IMG/VR virus record: IMGVR_UViG_3300027777_000002 | Coordinates: 2,559 to 66,558 of that record | Length of the DNA stretch: 64,000 nucleotides | From: a virus | Strand: one strand, 5' to 3' | Program-made: the position numbers and the translations under genes | Shown: positions 8,939 through 17,276 of the stretch, in pieces | Position numbering within the stretch: the stretch's first letter is position 1 | Layout of the letters: every line of letters begins with the position of its first letter | Notes under the pieces: generated by a model | What the model was told of the DNA's origin: nothing | The model's database searches: none | What the model saw: the letters and a program-made list of their open reading frames with translations, nothing else

Positions 8939-9082
8939 TTATGGGCGTGTGTTAATCATCTTGAACTGCGTGCTTAGCCTGTCCCATACTTCACCCGCTT
9001 CCTCTAGACCATACACATCAGTCTTGAGTATGAAAGCGGTTGATGGGTTTGAATCGGGTAATACATAAAAAATTGAATACAT
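8939..9082 (-). CDS. small hypothetical protein (47 aa)
   Basis: Manually translated (MYSIFYVLPDSNPSTAFILKTDVYGLEEAGEVWDRL...); TAAGGAG RBS. Confidence 0.6.
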   Translation of the reverse strand: MYSIFYVLPDSNPSTAFILKTDVYGLEEAGEVWDRLSTQFKMINTRP

Positions 9083-9184
9083 TTCATTCTCCTTAGTGAA
9101 TTAGACAGAGAGTCGCACCGCAATGAAGCCTCGCACGCACGACTCTCCCAAACTTCTTTGTCAAACTGCATTACACAAACTGCA

Positions 9185-9649
9185 TTACACAAACTGCTTA
9201 AGCAACTTGAGTTCGATAGCCAACTCGTCAAGTCGTTCCTGAATCTCCGACTTCTTAGCTGTCTTAACGAACTTAGTAACCTTAGCCTTGATGCGATCGA
9301 CTGGCGTTACCTTGCTTGCCTTACGAACTGTGGGATTCTGTCCCACACTTTTCATCAACGGGAAACCCTTGCGTAAGATATCCCTAGCGTTTTGCTCCGC
9401 TTTACTGCCATGAGAATCAAACCCTAGCAAGCCTTTGTTAGCTCCTTGCTCCATTACCTTTGGCACTACTCCATACTTCACACCGATAAGAGTCGCAACC
9501 GAATTGCGTATCTCTATTTGCTCCGCAGGCTTTGCCTTGTTAAACAATGGTGTTAGCTCCTTGAGAGCCTGCTGGTATGAGGTAGTAGCCTCAATCAATA
9601 ACTCAAACTTGTTTAGGAAGTTTGATACTGCTTTGCTAATTGCTTTCAT
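9185..9649 (-). CDS. basic hypothetical protein, first gene of the leftward early block
   Basis: 154 aa; GAAGGAG RBS. Confidence 0.8.
   Translation of the reverse strand: MKAISKAVSNFLNKFELLIEATTSYQQALKELTPLFNKAKPAEQIEIRNSVATLIGVKYGVVPKVMEQGANKGLLGFDSHGSKAEQNARDILRKGFPLMKSVGQNPTVRKASKVTPVDRIKAKVTKFVKTAKKSEIQERLDELAIELKLLKQFV
9329..9347. repeat. palindrome TGTGGGA-N5-TCCCACA, copy 4
   Basis: TGTGGGA TTCTG TCCCACA; inside CDS 9185..9649. Confidence 0.9.
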
Positions 9650-9729
9650 AGTAATACTCCTTCATTAAGAAATAAAAAAGCCATAACAAGTATGGCAATG
9701 AGTGTCGAACAAACTATCTCGACACAATT

Positions 9730-9738
9730 AGTTTAGCA
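9730..9738 (-). promoter_or_regulatory. putative extended -10 early promoter
   Basis: TGCTAAACT on the minus strand about 80 nt upstream of the first early ATG; no good -35. Confidence 0.35.
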
Positions 9739-9960
9739 AATCGAGGCTTTTTGAAATCGAAAATCAAAAAGTCAGACCCCACTATCCACCCACCAAGCCG
9801 ATATTGTTGAGCCATGCCTGCCTAGCCCGAATACTATTCCTCAGGCGCAAATCAAAAAATGTCAAATTTTTGTAAAAAAATCAAAGAGTTACGTGTCAAA
9901 AGTGCATGAAATTTCAATAAAAATATAGGGGGGTATGTCAAAAAATTTACAAAACATCCC

Positions 9961-9989
9961 TAGACAAATGTTGCATTGCAATATAAAAT
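9961..9989 (+). promoter_or_regulatory. sigma70 promoter with palindromic operator in the spacer
   Basis: TAGACA-17 bp-TAAAAT; the spacer contains TGTTGCATTGCAATA. Confidence 0.75.
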
Positions 9990-10037
9990 AAACCCAAAGG
10001 TTCCATAACGGAACCTAACTAACCTAAAGGAAAAACC

Positions 10038-10181
10038 ATGTTTGATTTTGAAAAGCAATACAAAGAAGCGCTAGAGAAGTTTGAGACTTTAACCAGCCAG
10101 ACTAAGCAGGCGTATGAGTTTTGGTACAACTGCGTAATGGATACTTGGAAAGATTTGTATAGCGGCAAGAAGTCTAAGTAA
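10038..10181 (+). CDS. small amphipathic helical protein (47 aa), possibly phasin-like
   Basis: Manually translated MFDFEKQYKEALEKFETLTSQTKQAYEFWYNCVMDTWKDLYSGKKSK; AAAGGA RBS; own promoter. The ORF is well supported; the function is speculative. Confidence 0.7.
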   Translation: MFDFEKQYKEALEKFETLTSQTKQAYEFWYNCVMDTWKDLYSGKKSK

Positions 10182-10191
10182 AATAATCCCC

Positions 10192-10292
10192 GGGCAGTTA
10201 AGCCGACGCAGAAGGATGTTATGTGTATATTTTTTCGGCTTTCCTATACACGTATACAGTAACATGTATATAAAACGACCAAATTCTTGCCC
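10192..10292 (+). ncRNA. candidate pseudoknotted RNA
   Basis: Pairings GGGCAG/TTGCCC, AAGCCGA/TCGGCTT, GTGTATA/TATACAC and ATGTTA/TAACAT. Confidence 0.5.
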
Positions 10293-10295
10293 ACC

Positions 10296-10332
10296 AAAAA
10301 GAAAACCCCCGGGCGTTTTAAGTCCGGGGGTT
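10296..10332 (-). terminator. intrinsic terminator-like hairpin
   Basis: AACCCCCGGGC/GTCCGGGGGTT stem with an A-tract on its left, giving a U-tract on the minus strand. Confidence 0.55.
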
Positions 10333-10406
10333 AAAGTACAACCTCACACCGACGCCACAACGAAAGGAGAAGTAAAAACGCCGGTAAGTGTAGTATAAGT
10401 AAAAAT

Positions 10407-10436
10407 TTGGCAAAGCGCCAACAACGCGTATATAAT
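10407..10436 (+). promoter_or_regulatory. sigma70 promoter for the packaging/head operon
   Basis: TTGGCA-18 bp-TATAAT, about 45 nt before the terS start. Confidence 0.7.
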
Positions 10437-10479
10437 CAACCCAATCGCAACCCCAGCGCAACCATAGGGAAACAAATAC

Positions 10480-11103
10480 GTGCTACTAGACCATCTAGTT
10501 TCAGCAAAAGCAGCCGACTACGCTCCGGAAACCCTACCGGACGACACCCTATTCACGCCTTTAGATAAGGCAAACACCGTACAAACCCTAAATGCGCAGG
10601 TAAAAACAACTAGTTGGTTAGACCAGTTTGATGACGAAGACGAAGTTGTATTAGAAAAAGCACAACAAGAACGAGTTAGCGACACTTTCTCAAGCCTTGT
10701 AGCCCAAGATCCCAACGCCAAAGACAAACTACTAACGCTAGAGATGCCAGAAGAGGTAAAAAGCGTGGTTAGCATGGTCACGGCGTATCAATGGAAGTTT
10801 GTAGAGCAAGCAAATGAGCTGCGAAGCATGGCAGTTACAAAAATAGCCAAGGAAACTGACCATCCGGATGCCCGAATACGCCTTAAAGCATTGGAATTGC
10901 TAGGAAAAGTGACGGAAGTGGCACTATTTACAGACAGAGTTGAAGTTAAGAAGACCGAAATTAGCGATGAAGACTTAGATGCGCAGATTAAAAAGAAGCT
11001 AGAGAAGTATATGGGCGTAGTAGATGTTGTAGATGCGCAGCCGGTTGAAGAAGAAGACGAAGTCGGTGTGGAAAAAGTAATAAAACCAAAAGAAAATACA
11101 TGA
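10480..11103 (+). CDS. terS: probable terminase small subunit
   Basis: Immediately upstream of terL; RLKALELLGK...LFTDRVEV motif typical of such proteins. Confidence 0.7.
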   Translation: MLLDHLVSAKAADYAPETLPDDTLFTPLDKANTVQTLNAQVKTTSWLDQFDDEDEVVLEKAQQERVSDTFSSLVAQDPNAKDKLLTLEMPEEVKSVVSMVTAYQWKFVEQANELRSMAVTKIAKETDHPDARIRLKALELLGKVTEVALFTDRVEVKKTEISDEDLDAQIKKKLEKYMGVVDVVDAQPVEEEDEVGVEKVIKPKENT

Positions 11104-12620
11104 ACCTCGACTTTCTAACCCCTCAAGAAGCTATGGCAGCACGTATGGCGCTCAAAGATATGAACCGAGCGGAGAAAGAGGCGTACCTAGGGCTGTTGGA
11201 GGAAAAAGAACAACGGGCGCACAAAAAGAAGGCGATGACAGACCCAATTGAGTTTGCCAAATACGTGTATCCAAATTTCAAAGTAGGCCCACACCACAAA
11301 AAACTAGCAAAAATTTTTCAAGATGTAGTAGAAGGCAAAAAAAAGCGTGTAATCATAAATATTGCACCAAGGATGGGCAAATCGGAGTTTAGTTCGTATC
11401 TGTTTCCGGCATACTTTCTTGGGCAGGACCCTAATAAAAAAATAATCATGGCTACGCATACCGCAGGCCTATCTGAAGACTTTGGTCGGAGAGTGAGAAA
11501 TTTAATTGAATCAGATGAATACAAAGAGTTGTTCCCAAATTCAATCGTCGCAGACGATCAAAAAGCCGCTGGTAAGTGGTCGACTGGTGCTGGCGGGCAG
11601 TATTACGCTGTGGGTGTTGGGGGTGCCTTGGCAGGACGTGGTGCAGATTTATTTGTTATTGATGATCCTCATTCTGAGCAAGACATAAAGGCTAACAGCC
11701 GGGCTACGTTTGATAATGCGTGGTCTTGGTTCCAAACCGGCCCTTTGCAGCGTTTGATGCCGGGCGGGGCGATTGTGGTGATTATGACCCGTTGGTCGTT
11801 AATTGATTTGACTGGGCGGTTGGTAGATTTCACCATAAAAAACCCTGAAGCTGAGCCTTGGGAAGTGGTAGAGCTGCCGGCAATCCTCCCTAGCGGTAAA
11901 TCATTGTGGCCTGAACAATGGCCTTTGGAGCAGCTAGAAGCTAAGAAACTGCAGATGGATCCTCGGTATTGGAACGCGCAATACATGCAGCAGCCGACAT
12001 CAGACATGGCGGCATTGATCAAAAGAACGGACTGGAGAGTGTGGGAAGCGGACGAACCCCCTACCTGCGAGTACGTCATACAGTCTTGGGATACGGCGCA
12101 CGAAGTTAAAACTACATCTGACTACAGCGCTTGCACAACTTGGGGTGTTTGGTACAACGAGGAGGACAACATGTCCCCCAACCTCATCCTACTTGACGCT
12201 TTTAAAGACCGCATGACATTCCCAGAACTCAAAGAAATAGCCCTTAAACATTACAACGAGTGGAAACCAGATGCGTGCATTATTGAGAAAAAAGCAGCAG
12301 GCGCCCCGTTAATTCAAGAACTTAGAAGAATGGGTATTCCCATCCAAGAATTTACCCCGAGTAGAGGGAATGATAAGATTGTGCGTTTAAATGCAATAGC
12401 GGACTTATTTACCTCAGGTAAAGTGTGGGCGCCAGACCGCCGCTGGGCTAGAGACGTGATTGAAGAACTTGCGTCTTTCCCTGCTGGCGAGCACGATGAC
12501 TTTGTTGATACGACAACCCAAGCGCTATTGCGTTACAGGCAGGGTGGGTTTGTTAGTTTAGACAGCGACGAGAAAGACGATTTAACCCTCAAATACAGAC
12601 GAAAGGCAGCGTACTACTAA
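11100..12620 (+). CDS. terL: terminase large subunit
   Basis: APRMGKS Walker A, FVIDDP Walker B, MTRW coupling motif, QSWDTA and HDDFVD nuclease motifs. Confidence 0.95.
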   Translation: MNLDFLTPQEAMAARMALKDMNRAEKEAYLGLLEEKEQRAHKKKAMTDPIEFAKYVYPNFKVGPHHKKLAKIFQDVVEGKKKRVIINIAPRMGKSEFSSYLFPAYFLGQDPNKKIIMATHTAGLSEDFGRRVRNLIESDEYKELFPNSIVADDQKAAGKWSTGAGGQYYAVGVGGALAGRGADLFVIDDPHSEQDIKANSRATFDNAWSWFQTGPLQRLMPGGAIVVIMTRWSLIDLTGRLVDFTIKNPEAEPWEVVELPAILPSGKSLWPEQWPLEQLEAKKLQMDPRYWNAQYMQQPTSDMAALIKRTDWRVWEADEPPTCEYVIQSWDTAHEVKTTSDYSACTTWGVWYNEEDNMSPNLILLDAFKDRMTFPELKEIALKHYNEWKPDACIIEKKAAGAPLIQELRRMGIPIQEFTPSRGNDKIVRLNAIADLFTSGKVWAPDRRWARDVIEELASFPAGEHDDFVDTTTQALLRYRQGGFVSLDSDEKDDLTLKYRRKAAYY

Positions 12621-13174
12621 TGTTAAAACACTTTTATTCCTACACTCCAAAGGCTATTCCTAAAGAAATGTGTGAGTATTTAATTCAAACAACACCTTGG
12701 GATAAGCGTTTTGATGCCCAGTTATCTGAAGATAATACGGATTTGTTTGTAGACGACAATATTAGAAAAACAGATGTAGTCTTCCTAAACCCACTCTCAA
12801 CCATTGGCTGCATACTACAGTCGTACATAACAACGGCAAATAAAATGGCGGATTGGAATTTTGACATTAGCAAAATTGAGGATGTTCAAGTGGGTTGCTA
12901 CCAACCCGGCGGGCATTATGATTGGCATATTGACAGCTTTGTTCCCAATAATGACCGACAACAGCGTAAAATATCAGCAGTAGCTTTTTTAAGTGATCCT
13001 GACTCGTACGACGGCGGGGTCTTTGAATTAGAAGTTGCGCCGGGTATTCCTGAAAGAATTCCGCAGGGCAGTATTATTGTTTTTCCGTCAGTACTTAAAC
13101 ATAGAGTAACCGCTGTTGAAGATGGCGTACGGTTTTCAGCAGCTTGCTGGGCATCAGGTCCGGCGTTTAGATAA
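12620..13174 (+). CDS. 2OG-Fe(II) oxygenase (prolyl hydroxylase-like)
   Basis: YDWHID (HxD), RKISAV, YDGG, FPS..HRV...RFS. Confidence 0.9.
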   Translation: MLKHFYSYTPKAIPKEMCEYLIQTTPWDKRFDAQLSEDNTDLFVDDNIRKTDVVFLNPLSTIGCILQSYITTANKMADWNFDISKIEDVQVGCYQPGGHYDWHIDSFVPNNDRQQRKISAVAFLSDPDSYDGGVFELEVAPGIPERIPQGSIIVFPSVLKHRVTAVEDGVRFSAACWASGPAFR

Positions 13175-13182
13175 GGCATATT

Positions 13183-15645
13183 ATGGGCATTGAAAAGTCA
13201 CTATACCAAGTTCCACAAGGCATGGCAGCCACGATGGGTGCAGAACCAGACATCACCGTTGAAGTAGAAGATCCAGCGATGGTAATGGAAGTTGAGATGG
13301 AAGAAATGATTGGCACCGATACAGGTAGCGAAGAATTTAACGCCAACTTAGCAGAAGAGATTGATCCAAGCGAACTTGAAACGCTTGCCGCAGAATTAGA
13401 AGAAGATATTGGTAATGATGTTGAAGCCCGCAAAGACTGGGAAAAGATGTACAAAGACGGCATTACATTGTTAGGTTTGAAGTTTGAGGAAAGAACCGAA
13501 CCTTGGGACGGAGCCTGTGGTGTCTATCACCCTATGATTACAGAAGCTGTAATTCGTTTCCAATCAGAAACAATTATGGAAACTTTCCCAGCAAAAGGAC
13601 CTGTGCGTACACAGATCGTTGGTAAAGAAACACGAGATAAAAAAGAAGCTGCGCAGCGTGTAGAAACTGATATGAACTACCAGCTGACAGAAAAGATGCC
13701 TGAGTATCGCGCAGAGCATGAAAAAATGTTGTGGAACTTGCCGGGTGCAGGTTCTGCGTTTAAGAAGATTTATTATGACCCGGGTTTAGGTCGACAGACT
13801 TCTATCTTTATTCCAGCCGAAGATGTAATTATTCCTTACGGCACAAGCGAAATTGAGTCCTGCCATCGTGTAACACACAGAATGCGCAAGACCAAAAACG
13901 ATCTTATTAAACTAATGCACGCTGGGTTTTACCGAGAGGTAGAGCTAGGCGAGCCAGAAAAGTTTAGAACTGAGATTCAGGAAAAGAAAGATAAAGAGAC
14001 AGGCTTTAGCGCATCTTATGATGACCGCTTTGAACTGTATGAAGCACACGTTGACCTTGATATACCCGGATTTGAAGACAAAGACGATGACGGCAAGCCT
14101 ACAGGAATTGCGCTACCGTACGTCGTTACGATGATAAGGGGTACAAATGAAATACTTGCTATTCGTAGAAATTGGAAAGAAGATGATGAGCTTTGTCAAA
14201 AGCGTCAGCACTTTGTTCACTATCAATACATTCCGGGATACGGCGCTTACGGTTTTGGTCTATTCCATCTTGTTGGTGGCTTTGCTAAGTCAGCCACTTC
14301 CATCTTGCGCCAGCTTGTCGATGCCGGCACTCTTTCCAATCTGCCGGGGGGTCTAAAGGCTAGAGGATTAAGAATCAAGGGCGATGACACACCAATTGCT
14401 CCCGGTGAGTTTAGAGATGTGGATGTAGGTTCAGGATCAATTAGAGACAACATCCTCCCGCTTCCATATAAAGAGCCTTCAATGGTTCTAGCTGGTTTGC
14501 TTGACAAGATTATTGATGAAGGACGTCGCTTTGCGGCAACTTCTGATATGAAAGTTAGCGATATGTCAGCTAACGCACCTGTTGGAACTACGCTGGCTAT
14601 TCTGGAAAGAACGCTTAAAGTTATGTCTGCAGTGCAAGCTAGGGTACACTATGCACTACGGCAGGAATTAAAGCTCCTCGCAGAAATCATTCGGGATTAC
14701 ACCGAGGACGAATATAACTATGAGCCAGAAACCGGGAATCCACCAGCAAAGAAAGCGGACTACAACTATGTGGACGTCCTGCCTGTATCCGACCCAAATG
14801 CAGCCACCCTTTCTCAGAGAGTGGTACAGTACCAAGCGGTTATTCAACTGGCTCAATCAGCACCCCAGATTTACAACTTGCCTCAATTACACAGGCAGAT
14901 GCTCGACGTACTTGGAATTAAGCACGCCGACAAACTGGTGCCTTTGGAGGAAGACCAGAAGCCAACCGACCCTGTAACAGAAAATATGAACGTGCTTAAG
15001 GGTAAACCCCTAAAAGCATTCTTGTACCAAGACCACGAAGCGCACATCAAAGTGCATCAGATGGCTGCGCAAGATCCGTTAATCCAACAGTTACTGGGGC
15101 AAAACCCGCAGGCGCAATCCATTCAAGCCGCACTCATGGCGCATATAGCCGAGCATTTAGGTTACGCATATCGTCAGAAGATGGAACAAGCTATGGGCGC
15201 TCCTCTACCAAACCCAGAACACCACATGCCAGAAGATATGGAAGTGCAGATTTCTCAGTTGGTCGCTCAAGCCGCACCGCAGGTTCTTGCCCAGTCACAA
15301 GCGCAAGTTGCACAGCAACAAGCCCAGCAAAATCAACAAGATCCGGTTATGCAAGCTCAGCTCATTGACCAGCAAGTTAAACAGGGTGAGTTGCAACGCA
15401 AGACTCAAAAAGACCACCAAGACGCCATCTTTAAACAGAAAGAACTGGCTCTTAAAGAACAACAGATTCGCCAAGAAGCTTTGGCTAAGACCGCTAACGT
15501 TATGCTTACAGCCGAGGACAAAAAATCTGGGGCTGATAGAGCAGCTAAAGATATGGAGCTGCGCGACAAACAGCACAAAGCTAACACAGCAATGGAAATG
15601 TATAAGCACCACACCCAACCACCTAAAGGAGGCAACACCGAGTGA
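13183..15645 (+). CDS. portal protein
   Basis: 820 aa after terL; GSAFKK, YGFGL and P22/podovirus-like motifs; Q-rich coiled-coil C-terminus. Confidence 0.85.
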   Translation: MGIEKSLYQVPQGMAATMGAEPDITVEVEDPAMVMEVEMEEMIGTDTGSEEFNANLAEEIDPSELETLAAELEEDIGNDVEARKDWEKMYKDGITLLGLKFEERTEPWDGACGVYHPMITEAVIRFQSETIMETFPAKGPVRTQIVGKETRDKKEAAQRVETDMNYQLTEKMPEYRAEHEKMLWNLPGAGSAFKKIYYDPGLGRQTSIFIPAEDVIIPYGTSEIESCHRVTHRMRKTKNDLIKLMHAGFYREVELGEPEKFRTEIQEKKDKETGFSASYDDRFELYEAHVDLDIPGFEDKDDDGKPTGIALPYVVTMIRGTNEILAIRRNWKEDDELCQKRQHFVHYQYIPGYGAYGFGLFHLVGGFAKSATSILRQLVDAGTLSNLPGGLKARGLRIKGDDTPIAPGEFRDVDVGSGSIRDNILPLPYKEPSMVLAGLLDKIIDEGRRFAATSDMKVSDMSANAPVGTTLAILERTLKVMSAVQARVHYALRQELKLLAEIIRDYTEDEYNYEPETGNPPAKKADYNYVDVLPVSDPNAATLSQRVVQYQAVIQLAQSAPQIYNLPQLHRQMLDVLGIKHADKLVPLEEDQKPTDPVTENMNVLKGKPLKAFLYQDHEAHIKVHQMAAQDPLIQQLLGQNPQAQSIQAALMAHIAEHLGYAYRQKMEQAMGAPLPNPEHHMPEDMEVQISQLVAQAAPQVLAQSQAQVAQQQAQQNQQDPVMQAQLIDQQVKQGELQRKTQKDHQDAIFKQKELALKEQQIRQEALAKTANVMLTAEDKKSGADRAAKDMELRDKQHKANTAMEMYKHHTQPPKGGNTE

Positions 15646-15851
15646 TCGACCTACTAACGGCTGATTTCATAGCCGCGATGCGTGATAAGTTACGCACAGA
15701 TATGAATAACTACACTGACGATTTGGCAAATGGTCAGTGCCAAGACTTTGCAACATACAAAGAGCTTTGCGGGGTGATTCGAGGCCTAGCTTTCGCAGAG
15801 CGCCATTTACTTGACCTCGCAGACCATTTGAAAGAAGATAACGATGAGTGA
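15642..15851 (+). CDS. conserved hypothetical protein after the portal
   Basis: YKELCGVIRGL motif; coupled to the portal and GroES-like genes. Confidence 0.75.
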   Translation: MIDLLTADFIAAMRDKLRTDMNNYTDDLANGQCQDFATYKELCGVIRGLAFAERHLLDLADHLKEDNDE

Positions 15852-16293
15852 TACCATCGCATTACCGCCAGAAGGGTTAATCCTTCCGCCGGGCGTAATA
15901 CCCACGAAGCAAAACGCACCAACAGAAGCAGAGTTGGCTACCATGGACGCTATCGAGAAAGCAACGCAGATCCCAAATCCATCAGGACATAAGATTCTTT
16001 GCGCTCTAGTTGACGTCGACGATTCGTTTGAAAGCGGCATTTTAAAAGCAGATGAGACTAAGAAGACAGAAGAATTGACTTCTCCGGTTTTGTTTGTAAT
16101 TAAACTTGGCGTATCGGCGTACAAAGACACAGAACGTTTCCCTGACGGGCCTTGGTGTGCGGAGGGTGATTTTGTATTAACCCGCCCTTACACAGGAACC
16201 CGAATCAACATCCACGGAAAAGAATTCCGCATCATTAATGACGATCAGGTCGATGGTGTGGTAATGGATCCCCGTGGCATTTCACGCGTATAG
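15844..16293 (+). CDS. GroES-like co-chaperonin
   Basis: PSGHKIL, SGIL, PWCAEGDFV, YTGT and EFRIINDDQV pattern. Confidence 0.85.
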   Translation: MSDTIALPPEGLILPPGVIPTKQNAPTEAELATMDAIEKATQIPNPSGHKILCALVDVDDSFESGILKADETKKTEELTSPVLFVIKLGVSAYKDTERFPDGPWCAEGDFVLTRPYTGTRINIHGKEFRIINDDQVDGVVMDPRGISRV

Positions 16294-16301
16294 GAGCTAC
16301 C

Positions 16302-17276
16302 ATGGCAGAACAATTTAAATTCCCCGATGAAGATGACAGCTTTAACAAAGCAGAGGCCGAAGAGCAGTTACATGTAACGGCTGAAGGCGATGAAGAAGCA
16401 GAACTTATAATTGAAGACGATACACCCGAGCGCGACCGTAGAGCGCAACCGCTAAACCGTGAAGTTGAAGATCCTTCGGAAGAAGAGATTGAAGGCTACA
16501 CAAAAGGCGTTCAAGGGCGTATCAAAGAACTAACCCATGCCCGCCACGACGAGCGTAGAGCAAAAGACGCAGCTCAACGTGAACGTGACGAGGCTGTGCG
16601 TTTAGCGCAACAAGTTCTTGAAGAGAACAAGAAACTTAAGGAATACGTAAAATCTGGTGAGACAACATACCAAGAGATGATGGCTTCTAAAGCTGACTCA
16701 GAACTTGAAATGGCTCGCCGCAAATTGCGTGAAGCACAAGAGTCTTATGACACCGATGCTATAATTGCGGCTAATGAAGCTCTAACAGAAGCAATGTTAA
16801 ATAGGCAACAGGCAAAGAATTTTAAGCCTACCCCTTTACAAACTTCTGAAAATGAGGTACAAATACAAACATCGGCACCAGAGGTTCCCCAACCCGACCA
16901 AAAAACACTGCGCTGGCAGGCAAAAAACCAGTGGTTCGGAAGTCCGGGATACGAAGATATGACAGCCTTCGCTCTAGGTCTGCACCAAAAGCTAGTCGCC
17001 ACGGGCATTGACCCGCGTAGTGAAGAATATTTCGAGCGCATTGACGCACGCTTACATAACGTTTTCCCTGAAGTATTCAAGGATAACGAAACGACAAAAC
17101 CTAGCGAACCTGCTAAAAAGCCTGCGACAGTAGTGGCATCGGCGTCCCGCACTACGGGTGCCAAAAAAACCGTCAAGTTAACAGCGAGTGCAGCTGCATT
17201 AGCCGATAAACTTGGTATCCCCCGTGAACTATACGCTCAGGAATTTTTAAAACAGGAGGCCCGCAATGGCAACTAG
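16302..17276 (+). CDS. probable capsid scaffolding protein
   Basis: Acidic coiled coil, NQWFG motif, position before the capsid genes. Confidence 0.65.
   Translation: MAEQFKFPDEDDSFNKAEAEEQLHVTAEGDEEAELIIEDDTPERDRRAQPLNREVEDPSEEEIEGYTKGVQGRIKELTHARHDERRAKDAAQRERDEAVRLAQQVLEENKKLKEYVKSGETTYQEMMASKADSELEMARRKLREAQESYDTDAIIAANEALTEAMLNRQQAKNFKPTPLQTSENEVQIQTSAPEVPQPDQKTLRWQAKNQWFGSPGYEDMTAFALGLHQKLVATGIDPRSEEYFERIDARLHNVFPEVFKDNETTKPSEPAKKPATVVASASRTTGAKKTVKLTASAAALADKLGIPRELYAQEFLKQEARNGN

Noticed and set aside
5340-9347. Palindromic repeats as a CRISPR array
   Set aside because: They are 0.7-2.2 kb apart, separated by genes, and only 19 bp long. The Cas4-like nuclease at 60856 is a standard phage replication-module enzyme.
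10216-10398. 60-aa plus-strand ORF
   Set aside because: It crosses the candidate RNA and a terminator-like hairpin, and the AAGG is too close to the ATG to be a good RBS.
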